Assembly (NCBI RefSeq): GCF_006345805.1
Contig: NC_043005.1
Span: 71,548,001 to 71,612,000, forward strand
Direction: 5' to 3'
Length of the DNA: 64,000 bases
Source: Octopus sinensis
Taxonomy: Eukaryota
Below, piece by piece: positions 26,386 to 38,151 of this stretch. A program made the translations under genes and the position numbers. A model generated the notes under the pieces. It saw nothing but the letters and a program-made list of their open reading frames with translations. It did not search any database and was not told the origin of the DNA. Within the stretch, counting starts at the first letter, position 1; each line of letters starts with the position of its first letter.

Positions 26386-27461
26386 TGACTATTTGTTTAC
26401 GTTGCCAACTGACACCTTGTGTTCTTTTACCAGTTCAAACCGTCCACCTCACAGCAAAGATGCACAAACAAACAAAAAAACAACAACTAAAAAACGCACA
26501 ACATGCTTCAAATTACTCACGCAATCGATAATGTTATTTCTCCTTCGTAACAATATCTTCCTTGTTTTACCTTGCCAGACAGGGCATCCATAATGTCTGA
26601 GAGTCAAAATTATTACAATGGCTAAGATTACCTTATATTATCTTTAGGTATCAAGAAACTCATTGTCAATATACTAAGCAACATTCACGATTAGTCATCG
26701 GGCTCTTTTGATTAAATAATTATCATTAACGACTAATCTCGTATGTAACCAAAGTTTCACAGCTCTTAATTAACGATAAAGCCAATCTAAATGTTCAAAA
26801 TTATGATCAGAACGTCACTGGAGATTGGGAATTGAAAAGGTCAGAGGTAGAAATGCTGGTTGTGGGTGACAATAGTGACAAGACATCAGAATGATGGTTT
26901 GTTTTAGCTGTTTCCCAGCCCTGGTCGAACTGTCCAACCCATGCTAGCATGGAAGACAGACGTTAAACGATAATGGTGATGATTGGAAATAATTTGAGGA
27001 CACATCTGAGAGAACATATGAATGGTATAGAACATAGAGTTGTGTAATGTATCAGAGGCAGAAGTTGCAGAATTGACATTATCATTATCATTATCATTAA
27101 CATCGTCACCATCACCGTCATCATCGTCGTCATCATCATCATTGTTTTAACAGCTAAGTAGTAGACATTAGTCTAAGGTCAATGTGATGCTTATCTAACA
27201 TGCTAGTCATGACGATTACTCCTATAAGCTTCGATGCTTCAATCACATTTGGCATTGAATAAACGAAATGTGAATTTGTGTTGCTTCATATTTAATACAT
27301 GGATTGTGTAAATACCTGATACTTTTGAATCCTGAAAATTTATACATGTATATATGTACACATGCACACACATATATATCTACAAACATATATAGGTTAT
27401 ATATATGTGTGTATATATGTATATATACACACACATATGTATATATACATATTTATATATA

Positions 27462-27503
<42 letters not shown>

Positions 27504-27611
27504 CATACACATACATATTATATATCGGTTATATATATGTGTGTGTATGTGTTTGTACATATATATATATATAATATATATATATATATGTAGATAGATA
27601 GATAGATAGAT

Positions 27612-27650
<39 letters not shown>

Positions 27651-29761
27651 TAGATAGATAGTAGATAGATAGATAGTAGATAGATAGATAGATGTGTTGG
27701 ACGTCTTTCAGGTTCCATCTTCCAAACTTACTCACAAAGCTTCAGTAGATCCATAGACTCATTAGAAGACACTTGCTCAAGGTGCCATGCAGTGGGACTG
27801 AACCCAAAACTATGTGATTTGGAAGCAAACCTTTTAACCACACAACCATGTGTCCTTTGAAAGCTGACAAAGGAAGGACAGAAAATGTCATCTGAAATAA
27901 ACCATCTTTGAAAAGATAGGTTAAACACGACTATCATATCTGGTGCTAAACTACTATTACTAGTTCTACAACTATAGCTGACACTGTTATGCCTATTGTG
28001 TCATTATTTGCCCTGTGGTTCCTTGTGCATAAGATATAGACACCATAGAAAATGTTCTAATTCCTCTATTCATCTGTGTTGCTGTACGAGACCAGCATCC
28101 GATAGACTACAGTGTGTCGGCAATGTTGAATTAACCAAGAATTTCTTTGAAGAAAATCTCTAAAGATATAAGTATAGGTATTGATATGCAGTATATGTGT
28201 TTGGCGGCTTAGTACTTTCTTTGTGCATCTGTAATTCTGTCTTGTAGAGAAATGAAATGACTGAGTGAGTAAGTTATTGAAACTGCCAATTCTTTGATCT
28301 TGAGTTCAAATTCACTGATGTTGTTTCCTTGTGCATTTGTGGTTGTGTATTCAATTCTACTTCAGAAATTGGCAAAGTACACAACAGCAAATTAGTGGAA
28401 TTTTAAGCACTTTAAGTATGTTAAATGTCTTCAAATTTTTCAAATAAAATCACAAGAACTAAATGAATACAAAGTATCTTGTAATCAAAGAGGACTAAAA
28501 AACATCAATCCGTGACAAACTTGAATTTTCTCGTGTTTATATTCAAGCAAAAATTGCTTGGAAATTTGCATAAAAATCATTGAAAATTTATAGTTTTAAT
28601 TCCAAAACAAAACTGAAAGTAATAGAGGAGAACTCAACAGTAAAATCAAAGTTTTGTCAGTCAGAAAATAAAAAATATTGTGATTACGTATAACGATTTA
28701 TTTTTATGACATATCTGATGTACTCTGCTTACAATTAACATCAGCAGATGTAACAAGTGTTTCTTGAATTTGTACTGTCAACATGGTCAAACATATGTAA
28801 TAAAGACCAAATCTAAGGTATCTAATATGAAAATGGTTTTCAAAATGTATTATTATTATTACTATTATCATTATTATTATTATCATCATCATCATCATCA
28901 TCATTATTATTATTAAGGTGGCGAGCTTGGCAGAAACGTTAGCATGCTGGATGAAATGCTTGATGGTGTTTCACCCATCGCTACGGTCTGAGTTCAAATT
29001 CTGCCAAGATCAACTTTGACTTTCATCCTTTCGGGGTCAATAAATTAAGTACCAGTTAGTGCTGAGGTCGATGCAATCAATTAGCCCCTGACCCAAATTC
29101 TAAGCCTTGTACCTTTAGTTGAGAAGATTATTATTATTGTTGTTGTTGTTGTTATTATTTTTATTTTTATTATTATTATTACTGTTATTATCACAACAAT
29201 GTTACAGAATCTTCAACACACTTGATAAAATGCTTAGCAGCACTTCTGGCTTTATGTTCTGTGCTCAGAAGTTGCTGAGCTTGACTTTGCCTTTCATCCA
29301 TTTGGGGTAAATTAAATAAATATCAGCCACCTATTGGGGTTGATAAAATCACCTAGTGCCCTCCCAGTAAGCCGGCAGATTTATTACTAATTTGGACAAA
29401 TGCTTGGCAACATATCTTCCAGGTTTATATTCTGAGTTCAAATTCAAATATATATATATTTATATATTTATATAGGTGTAAAGATGTGTTGAAACATTTG
29501 TAGTGATTATGAATAAAGAATGTTGTTGATTCCATTTTCTAACCTTTGTCTGTTTATATAAACTCGATAGATACTATGAAATTCCTGATATATATCAAGT
29601 ACCAGGAGCATTTCCACAGTATGATGACATCAGATAGCCAATAACTGTGGATGGGCTTTGCATAGTATTCTACATGGTTTTAACTCGAATCTTATTTAAC
29701 TACATATATACATATATGTGTGTGTGTGTGTGAATAATTGTGTAAGTAAGTATATATATAT

Positions 29762-30017
29762 GGAGGCGTGTGGCTTAGTGGTTATGGTGTCAGCATCATG
29801 ATCATAAGATTGTGGTTTCGATTCCTGGACTGGGCGACACGTGTTCTTGAGCAAAACACTTCATTTCACATTGCTCCAGTCCACTCAGCTGGCAAAAATG
29901 AGTGACGCTGCGATGGACCTGCGTCCCGTCCAGCTGGGGAACACATACGCCATAGAAACTGGGAAACCGAGCCCATGAGTCTGGCTAGGCTTAAAAAGGG
30001 CGCATTTATTTTTATTT
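29762..30017 (+). mobile_element. tRNA-derived SINE family C (V-domain-like GCGATGGAC..CGTCCCGTCCAG), full length
   Basis: A box TGGCTTAGTGG, B box GGTTTCGATTCC, flanked by the direct repeat TAAGTATATATATA. Confidence 0.85.
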
Positions 30018-30569
30018 ATAAGTATATATATATATATATATGTGTGCATGTGTGTGTGTATTTCTCTCTCCTCTGTATATATCTATACTCATCATCATCA
30101 TTTAACATCCTTGTTCTATGCTGACATGGGCTGGATGTGTGTGTGTGTGTGTATGTGTGTGTGCGTATGCACATGAGCATGTTGTGAAACCAATTAAAGA
30201 GTACAGTAAACTTGTGAGAAATTGAAAAGCCAACATTTTAGAAACAGTCCTTCTTCAAGATAAAAGTTGAAAGGAGAGAAATCAATAAGAAGGTTTTACA
30301 TCGTGAAAGTTTTACAAAAAAGAAAAAAATTGGCTGTCTCTCATTAATTTCTCTCCTTTGAACTTTTCCCCTTACAAAGGATTGTGTCCAGAACATTGGA
30401 TTTTCCACTCCTCACAGCAAGTACACTGTTGACTTTGTATCCATGTTACTACATAATATATCTTACTGATGCAGAACACTGGGGCCACATGCTATATGTT
30501 CCTTACACAATTCAGGCTCACAACACATAAATATACTGCCAGTCCTACGCCTATATATATATATATATT

Positions 30570-31141
30570 TATACAATTAGAAATAAAGGCAAAACAAAAA
30601 ATTTTCTTTGCCAGTATACTGAAAAATAGATGCTAAATCGTCTAACCACATCAAATATTTTCATCTATGTTATTACACCACATACTGAAACAAGGAAAGC
30701 AAGCTAACAGAAATTCATAAAAATATATTTATCCTCAAATCAGTTCCAATTTCTGGATTAATCCAAAAAGGATTCTTCCTTCATCAGCGAGGAATACAAA
30801 ATGAAAATAAATGAAATATTTAGATGTACCCATGGAAAAGCAGGTGCAAAGTCATGAATATATTTAAGTATCCCAAATATATCCAAATAGAAATTCTGTA
30901 GCAAGGCTCGACACAAGTGTAGTCAGTAAAGAAACGCACACAAGTGGTTAACCAGTCCCAAAGTGAAGGAGAATTATTTTACTACTAATATAAGGATAAA
31001 ATTTTATTAAAAAATTTTATAAGTGGCCAGCATATGAAAAATACCTTTTAAGGTGAAAATTATGAATACAATTTTGAATAAGAGCAAAAGAAAAAATTTT
31101 CTTTGCCAATGTGCTGAAAAATAGACACTAAATTGTCTAAC

Positions 31142-31145
<4 letters not shown>
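30570..31145 (-). mobile_element. 495-bp unit bounded by about 80-bp direct repeats, inserted in (TA)n and containing a hammerhead-like motif (retrozyme- or PLE-like)
   Basis: TTTTCTTTGCCA...CTGAAAAATAGA...CTAAATYGTCTAACCACA occurs at 30602 and again at 31097 (period 495). (TA)n lies at 30552-30568 and 31146-31180. Confidence 0.5.
30728..30797 (-). ncRNA. Type I hammerhead-like motif with extended stem II
   Basis: The minus strand reads TTCCTCG CTGATGA A GGA AG AATCC TTTTT GGATT AA TCC A GAAA TTG GAAC TGAT T TGAGGA. Stem I is TCCTCG/TGAGGA. Stem II is GGA/TCC plus AATCC/GGATT. Stem III is a weak 4 bp. The triplet is AUU. The 10.1-11.1 pair is an A-A mismatch. Confidence 0.55.
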
Positions 31146-31182
<37 letters not shown>

Positions 31183-31999
31183 TTAATCATAACTTATTAC
31201 TGTTTTATGAAGTAACTAATCAATGTTGTTTATAAAAACTTTTCTAGCTGTTAAAGCCCGTAGTTTTGTCTACATGAAAGCTCTATTGGAATTCTACTTG
31301 CATCAACTTTGATCATCATCATCGCCAATAAAATAAATTATATAGTTACAGACTTACTTAAGGTCCAGCCAATTCAATAAATGATACCATCACTACACTA
31401 AAAAGTTCTGGCTTTTTGCCTGAAGAAGCTTAGTCTGGAGGAGGGACTGTACCAACGACCTTTGCCAGTACCACGAGACTGGTCAAATCAATACGGTTTA
31501 TGTTTAGCTTCAGTATCTATATAAGTCAAAGACTGCAGGAAGAATGCTAGTGAGGAAGAAGGAATTCCAGAGAGTTTTGTTTGAAGTTTAAATAAGAAAG
31601 GATTGGGTGAATGCATTTATGTGAGACACAGAAGTGGTGGTGGTGGGGGCGGATGAGTCAGGAAGAGAGAAGGGGCTATGAATTGGGGATGGTTGTATGT
31701 AAATAGTTTGTTCAAAGAAGCATGAGGTGCTGCAGTAGTAACAGAATAGACAGATAGGGAATACATTATGTCTCTGGTCAAAATTTGCCTTATCTTCACA
31801 TAGGTTTGTTGATGCAAACAGGAAAAATAGATCTCAAAACAAGTCTATATACATAAATATATATTTACATAATTGTATATATACATAAATATGTTTGTGT
31901 GTATAACATATGTACATAGACATATATGTATATATACATTATATTATACACATATGTATGTATGGATGTGTATATATATATATTTATATTTATATATAT

Positions 32000-32460
32000 A
32001 TAAAGAGAGAATTCAGGAAAAAACATAAGATGAAGACAGGTGGTGTAGACAACAAATAGATGTATTAGTATAACGCTTGGGAATTGAAAAAGTCTTTAAT
32101 GTTTTGAGCCTACGCTCTTCCACAGAAAGGAACAAGGAGAGAAAAAAAATGTGTGTAGTGGCTACCAATCTATCATGGCGAATGCCGGACAGAAGGGTCA
32201 CGCAGGAGAGCTAAGAAGTGGGAGAGGTAACAAAGTAATAGTGATCCCAAAATAAAGGTGCGCATAAAATTTATTTTTCATGATGAGATAAAAAAACCAA
32301 GGCTGTGTAGATTTTAGAACATTTATAGATGTTGAACCCCTTATTTGCATAATCACCAAACCCGGAACTTAACTATGGTCTATCTATAGCACTTATTCAG
32401 CATTACCTGACGCTTTTGGGTCTCAATGGCACCATTATCTCTCATAAACTCTATTGAAAG
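32000..32460 (-). mobile_element. (TA)n-flanked interspersed element with a PLE-like terminal motif (degenerate hammerhead-like core at about 32085-32130)
   Basis: Minus strand CTTTCTGTGGAAGAG CGTAGG CTC AAAAC ATT AAAG contains a GAG/CTC stem between remnants of the core strands. Flanked by TA arrays. Confidence 0.3.
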
Positions 32461-32682
32461 ATATATATATTTAAAGATATATATGTACATACATTATACG
32501 CACGCACAAACACACATATTTATGTGTGTATATCAGCCGAAATTGCGACGATGATCCAGTTCTTGACTGAAGATTGAAGGCTTCAAATGTCCCGTCCGTG
32601 TTTTTTGTGTCGTCTTCTAAATGTTTCATGTTCTTGTCCCAGTTTGTATATTTTTTTTTACTTTTACACACATATATATATA

Positions 32683-32880
32683 TAAGGGGATGCTGCCAAG
32701 GTCCTGGCTTTGGGTAAAAAGAAATACAGGTGGATCAGTCAACATATTCCCCTCTTAGATTTATACACTTATTGCAGCATTTCTTCACAAGTCTTGTGAA
32801 ATAACTCAGAATGTTGGGCCTGTAACCAAGCCTTTCATGATATCCTTAAAGCCAGGAATTTTTCAGCACCCCCTCATGTA
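32683..32880. mobile_element. Mariner-derived MITE
   Basis: Left TA-AGGGGATGCTGCCAAGGTCCTGGCTTT versus the reverse complement of the right end TACATGAGGGGGTGCTGAAAAATTCCTGGCTTT. TA at both ends. Confidence 0.6.
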
Positions 32881-33442
32881 TAAGACTCAAATCTCTTTAT
32901 CTGCTAATCTCTCATCAACCAATCCTCACCACAATCACAGACATCTTCATCTCCATCCACCTCCTTCTCATCATCATCATCACCATCATGGCCTTTTCTT
33001 CCCACCTGCTTCTTTAAAATCTAAAACCTTGGAATGGTCTTAGGTAGGTCAGTGGCGATTGAAGAAGTGGAAGAATTCCTGGATGAAGCGAGTCAGATCA
33101 ACCATCCGACTGACTGGCTATCTTGCCGGCCGGCCGGTTGGTTAAATACTATGGGCGGCTTACAGGTGGAACGGCATGGTTTTTTTTTCTTTTTTTTTTC
33201 TTGGGAGACTGAAGACATGTATGCCTACCTGCCCTGCTAATTGATGTATCAGTCCATCTGCATGCCTGCTGCTTCTCATTCTGTTTGGCTGACTGACTGA
33301 CTGACTGCTTGCTCGCCTGCTGGTATGCCTGCCTGCCTGCCTGCCTGCCAGCCTGCGTGCCTGTCTGCCAGTCTGCCTCCCTGCCTGCTTGTTGGTGTAT
33401 CTTGCTTGCCTACCGGCCCTTCTGCCTGCTTATCTATTTCAC

Positions 33443-33474
<32 letters not shown>

Positions 33475-34117
33475 TGTGCATGCGTGTGTATGTGTGTGTG
33501 TGTGTGTCTGTCTGTCTGTATGTCTGTCTCTTCTTGCTGAAAGAAAGGGAAAAGTAGATCGATTGTGGAAGTCTAGCAGTTTGGGTTGGAGTAGAAGCAC
33601 ATAGCAGAACAGCAACACATGTGATGAGGAAGGAGCTTGAAAGAGAGAAGTTGAGAGAGAGAAGGCAGTCAGACAGACAGGTTGGCAGACAGACAGATTG
33701 AGTGTGTATGTGTGTGATAGAGAAAGTGAAAGTAGATGTTGGCTAATGAAAAGTGAAGTGTAAGGAAGTGGTCTGTAAGAGTAAAGAGGGAGTAGGAGTT
33801 TTATGTAGTGTGAATGTGGGAGGGAGAAAATATATTGTATAATGTAACTGACTAGTGTGATGGCAGGCAGACAGGCAGGCCAGCAGCCCGGATGGTGGCA
33901 ACATTTGGTTGGTTTGCTTGCTGTCCGTCAGTTTGTCTGTCCGTCTGTTTGTTTGTCTGTCTGTCTGTCTGTCTGGCTGTCTGGCTGGCTGGCTGGTCCA
34001 CCAGTTGCCCCAGTGGTTTGCTGTTTATTATTTTTTTAAAGGGTGCTGCTGGTTGAAGCATCTATGAAGCTTAGCTTAGCTCCAGACAGGATCATATTTT
34101 AAATAGAAGTATCCATG

Positions 34118-34163
<46 letters not shown>

Positions 34164-35904
34164 GTAATATGCAGAAATTGTCTTTTCAATAGAGATATTT
34201 TATTGTATATAGAGAGGAGAAAAAAGATAGGAAGTTCTGGATTAAGTCAGTCATGTCGGTGGTGGTAGTGGGGAATTTGTATGGCAGGATGGTAGAATGT
34301 AGGTGTTACTAGCTATTACACAGGTCTACTTCAATCAAGCAGACTTTTGATCAAAGGCTTTCCAACTGTGACCATCTCCTCATTTATTTTTTTTCCTTCT
34401 TAGATTATATTGTCAAATGTTTTCTTCACTTTATAAGAGAGCAGATTGTGATCCACGGGTAATTTGATTCCTATTTCTAGCAGGCTAAATGACCGTACAG
34501 ATGTTACTTTTTTGGGTGGACAACAATGGATTAGGTAGTGGTGAGAAGTGACGCTACAGATGGTGATGGTCGTGGCTGGGGTGCTGTTGGGATTGGCAGT
34601 ATGAATGGTAAGGATGGTAGGTAGCGGAGAGGATGGTGTTTGAAGAGGGGGGAGTGAATGCAGAGACGTTGCATGTATTTGCACAGGGAGATGGAGTTGC
34701 AGCAATGATTAAGGTGGCGGTGGTGGTGGTGGTGGTGGTGGTGGTGGTGGTGGTGGTGATGGTGGCAACGGCAGTTGTGGTGGGTGCAGTAGAGAATGGA
34801 GGGGTGATGTTGATAATGATGTTATCAGTGGTGGTGGTGGTGGAAGGGGTGGTGGTATGACACAAAGTATGGAGGTACTGCATCGGGAGTATCATAAGGT
34901 GTGGTTGTTCTTGTTACCGATATAATGATGGCAGTGATGGAATGGCAGTGGGGGGGTAGGGAGGGAGGGAGGGGGTATGGATTCTGAGTAAAAGCAGAAA
35001 CTAGGGAACAATAATGGATTAGACAGTAATCATGGAGGCGATGGAGAAGGTGATGGTGATGGTGATGGTGGAACAGAGATAGCAACTGTGGCACGAAAGG
35101 AAGGATGAGGGGGGAGAGGAAACGAAAGAGACTGATAAAGAGATAGAGAGACTGATAGAGAGAGAAAGAGAGAAAGAAAGAGAGAGATGGAGGTTGGTGG
35201 AGAGGGTGGAGAAAACAGCAGTGAAGGATGGAGGCGGAAGAGGTGAAACTGATTTTCAATGTTCGCGTGAGGAAAAACAGGAATTATTAAAAGCTTTTGC
35301 AGAATCCCAAAAAGAAGATATATTGGACGTGTGGCAATGGCTGTATCAAACTTTGCATCAAAATGCTCTTAATACTTCCTCACCCCCCATCCCTTTTCTT
35401 ACCACCACCACCACCACCACCACCATCACTTGCTATCATATCACAACCAATGTCATCATCATCATCCTCATCATCTTCATCATCATCATCAATAACAATA
35501 ACTGCATTGCTTTCACTTCTTCAGTAAAGGTACTTCAATGATAGCTGAATAAAGAATCAACTCAGTTTAGCTGCCAAATTTCTCTCGACCCAAAATAACT
35601 CCCCCCCCCCACCCCAGCTGCTTACTATGGGATCTGCATGTGGTTTTATTTATTTATTTTTATTAATTTAATATTATTTATTTTTATTTTTACTTTTTTA
35701 TTATTTGTTTTATTTTTTTTGCCATAATGCTATACATCCAAGGTTAGCTGAGATATTCCTGAAACTTTGAATAGCTACAACTAGGAAATTGAAATATGAC
35801 TGTGGATTTGATTCCTCGAGAGCTTACCTTATTATTCTATGACATTTACCAAAATATTGGCAATAAATGTAAACAGAAACGATTGCTATATTGATAATAG
35901 AATC

Positions 35905-35958
35905 CAGAATAATAATAACAACAACGACAACAACATTAATAATAATGATAATAATAAC

Positions 35959-35994
<36 letters not shown>

Positions 35995-36024
35995 CATAAT
36001 AATAATAACAACAACAACAACAAC

Positions 36025-36079
<55 letters not shown>

Positions 36080-36187
36080 TAATAATAATAACCACAACAA
36101 CAACAATAATAATAATAATAACAATAATAATAATATAATAATAATAATAACATAATAATAATAACCCAACAACAACAACCATTAATA

Positions 36188-36225
<38 letters not shown>

Positions 36226-36418
36226 TAATATAACAATAATAATAATCAACACCAACAACAACAACAACAATAATAATAATAATAATAATATAATATAATA
36301 ACAATAATAATAATACAACAACAACAAAATAATAATAATAACACTAATAATAATATAATAATAATATAACAATAATAATAATAACAACACCACAACAACA
36401 ATAATAATAATAATAATA

Positions 36419-36454
<36 letters not shown>

Positions 36455-36484
36455 ATAATAATAATAACAACAACAACACACAAC

Positions 36485-36515
<31 letters not shown>

Positions 36516-36722
36516 TAATAACAATATAATAATAACAACAACACAACAACACATATCATATAAATAATAATAATATCTAATAATATAATAATAATAACAA
36601 TAATAATATAACAACAAAACAACCAACAACAACTAATATCATAATATAATAATATAATAATACTATAATAAGAATAATAATACTCATAATAATCCAATAC
36701 TAACAACACCAACAACAACAAC

Positions 36723-36794
<72 letters not shown>

Positions 36795-36830
36795 CAAAAA
36801 CATAATAACAAGCAAATACATAACCCAAAC
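35905..36830. repeat. About 930-bp imperfect (AAT/AAC)n trinucleotide array
   Basis: Direct inspection. It produces several spurious ORFs. Confidence 0.95.
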
Positions 36831-36913
36831 ATCTATACTTATCTATCTCTCTATCTGTGTGTATTAAGAGTGAGTGGCAAAGCAGAATACATGCACATAC
36901 ACGTGGATGTGTA

Positions 36914-36954
<41 letters not shown>

Positions 36955-36957
<3 letters not shown>

Positions 36958-37106
36958 TTAACAAAACTGTCTGATGAATGGGAACGTGAAACTCTGAGTG
37001 ACAGCTTTTGTTATATCTCTGCTGCTTTTAAATAAAGCATATTACTCTACCTCTGGTATTTGAGTACTCTATTTTCCACCTTGTTTCACATTTATGTGCT
37101 TACTCT

Positions 37107-37110
<4 letters not shown>
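36955..37110 (+). mobile_element. About 150-bp non-autonomous element inside a (TA)n array carrying the hammerhead motif; probably derived from a Penelope-like element
   Basis: Unique 150-bp segment bounded on both sides by pure (TA)n (about 36920-36955 and 37108-37150), with the hammerhead at its 5' end. The family assignment is inference from the hammerhead type. Confidence 0.55.
36959..37013 (+). ncRNA. Minimal type I hammerhead ribozyme motif (Penelope-like-element type), with G at cleavage position 17
   Basis: Stem I TAACAAAA-CTGT (36959-36970) pairs with ACAG-C-TTTTGTTA (37001-37013), 12 bp with one bulge. Core CTGATGA at 36971-36977. Stem II ATG/CGT closes a GGAA loop. GAAA at 36988-36991. 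Palindromic stem III ACTC-T-GAGT. N17 = G37000. Confidence 0.8.
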
Positions 37111-37150
<40 letters not shown>

Positions 37151-38151
37151 CACCCACAACCAACACTTTTTACATGGCACATTGGTTTTAGACTCTCAAT
37201 TCCATTGTGGTTGGCAGGTCTTCTCAAGTGCATCAATGCACTACATTTCTCAGCCCTACGTCATCTCCTTCATAAGGTTCAGTGTTTTGTACCACAGTGT
37301 GAACCAAAATATGGGATGTTGTTATACATTGCTACACACAGTGCACTTCCTCACACTGTTGTAGCTTTCAAATGATGCCAACCCACTGGCTAGTCAGACA
37401 GGCAGGCCTATGGTGAATAGTGACCAAAATTACAACATTCCTCCTTATGGCCAGTCTGTCACAGAATTCTTTATGAATCCACTACCCTGAATATAATTTC
37501 TAATTTAAGCACGAGGTCAGAAAACATGAGGGGAACAATTAATCGATAGCATAAACCGGATCTATGCTGTCAACCCTCGTAGAGCACAGGACAATAAAAG
37601 GCAGATTCAATCTTGACAGGATTTGAACTCAAAATACAGAGGACATAAAATTTGCTAGACATTTTGTTCAATGATCGAACAGTTCTGCCGACTGACAACA
37701 ATATCAGAAGCAGCAATAATAATGCATCTTTCTAATTTGGCTCAAGGCCAGCAATTTTGAGGTGAGTAGGAAGTCAATTACATTGACTCCTCTGCTTGAG
37801 TGGTACTTAATTTATCAATCTTTAAAAGAGGTAAGCCTAAGTTAACCTCAGTGGAGTTTGAACTCAGAACATAAAGACAGAGGAAATCCTACTAAGCATT
37901 TCGTCCACTAGGCTAATGATTCTACCAGTTCATCATCTTAATAACAATTGTTTCTAATTTTGGTACAAGGCCAGCAATGTCAAAGAAGGGGCTAAGTTGA
38001 TTACTGGTACTTACTTTATCAACCCTAAAAGAATTAAAAGCAAAGTCGACCTCAGCAGAATTTGAACTCAGAAGAAATGTTGCTAAGAATTTTGCTTCAT
38101 GTACATAACGATTCTGCCAGCTAATAATCATTTCTAATTAAGGAAACACTA

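Noticed and set aside
31400-31620. Frames LKKLSLEEGLYQR and RKKEFQRVLFEVLNKKGLG
   Set aside because: They could be an exon or a decayed RT fragment, but similarity is too weak to call either.
32560-32605. CTGAAGA followed by the TTGAAG-G-CTTCAA palindrome in a TA-flanked element
   Set aside because: There is no GAAA strand or stem III in this copy, so a ribozyme call is not supportable.
35824-36832. ORFs up to 242 aa of poly-I/L/Y
   Set aside because: They come from the (AAT/AAC)n array.
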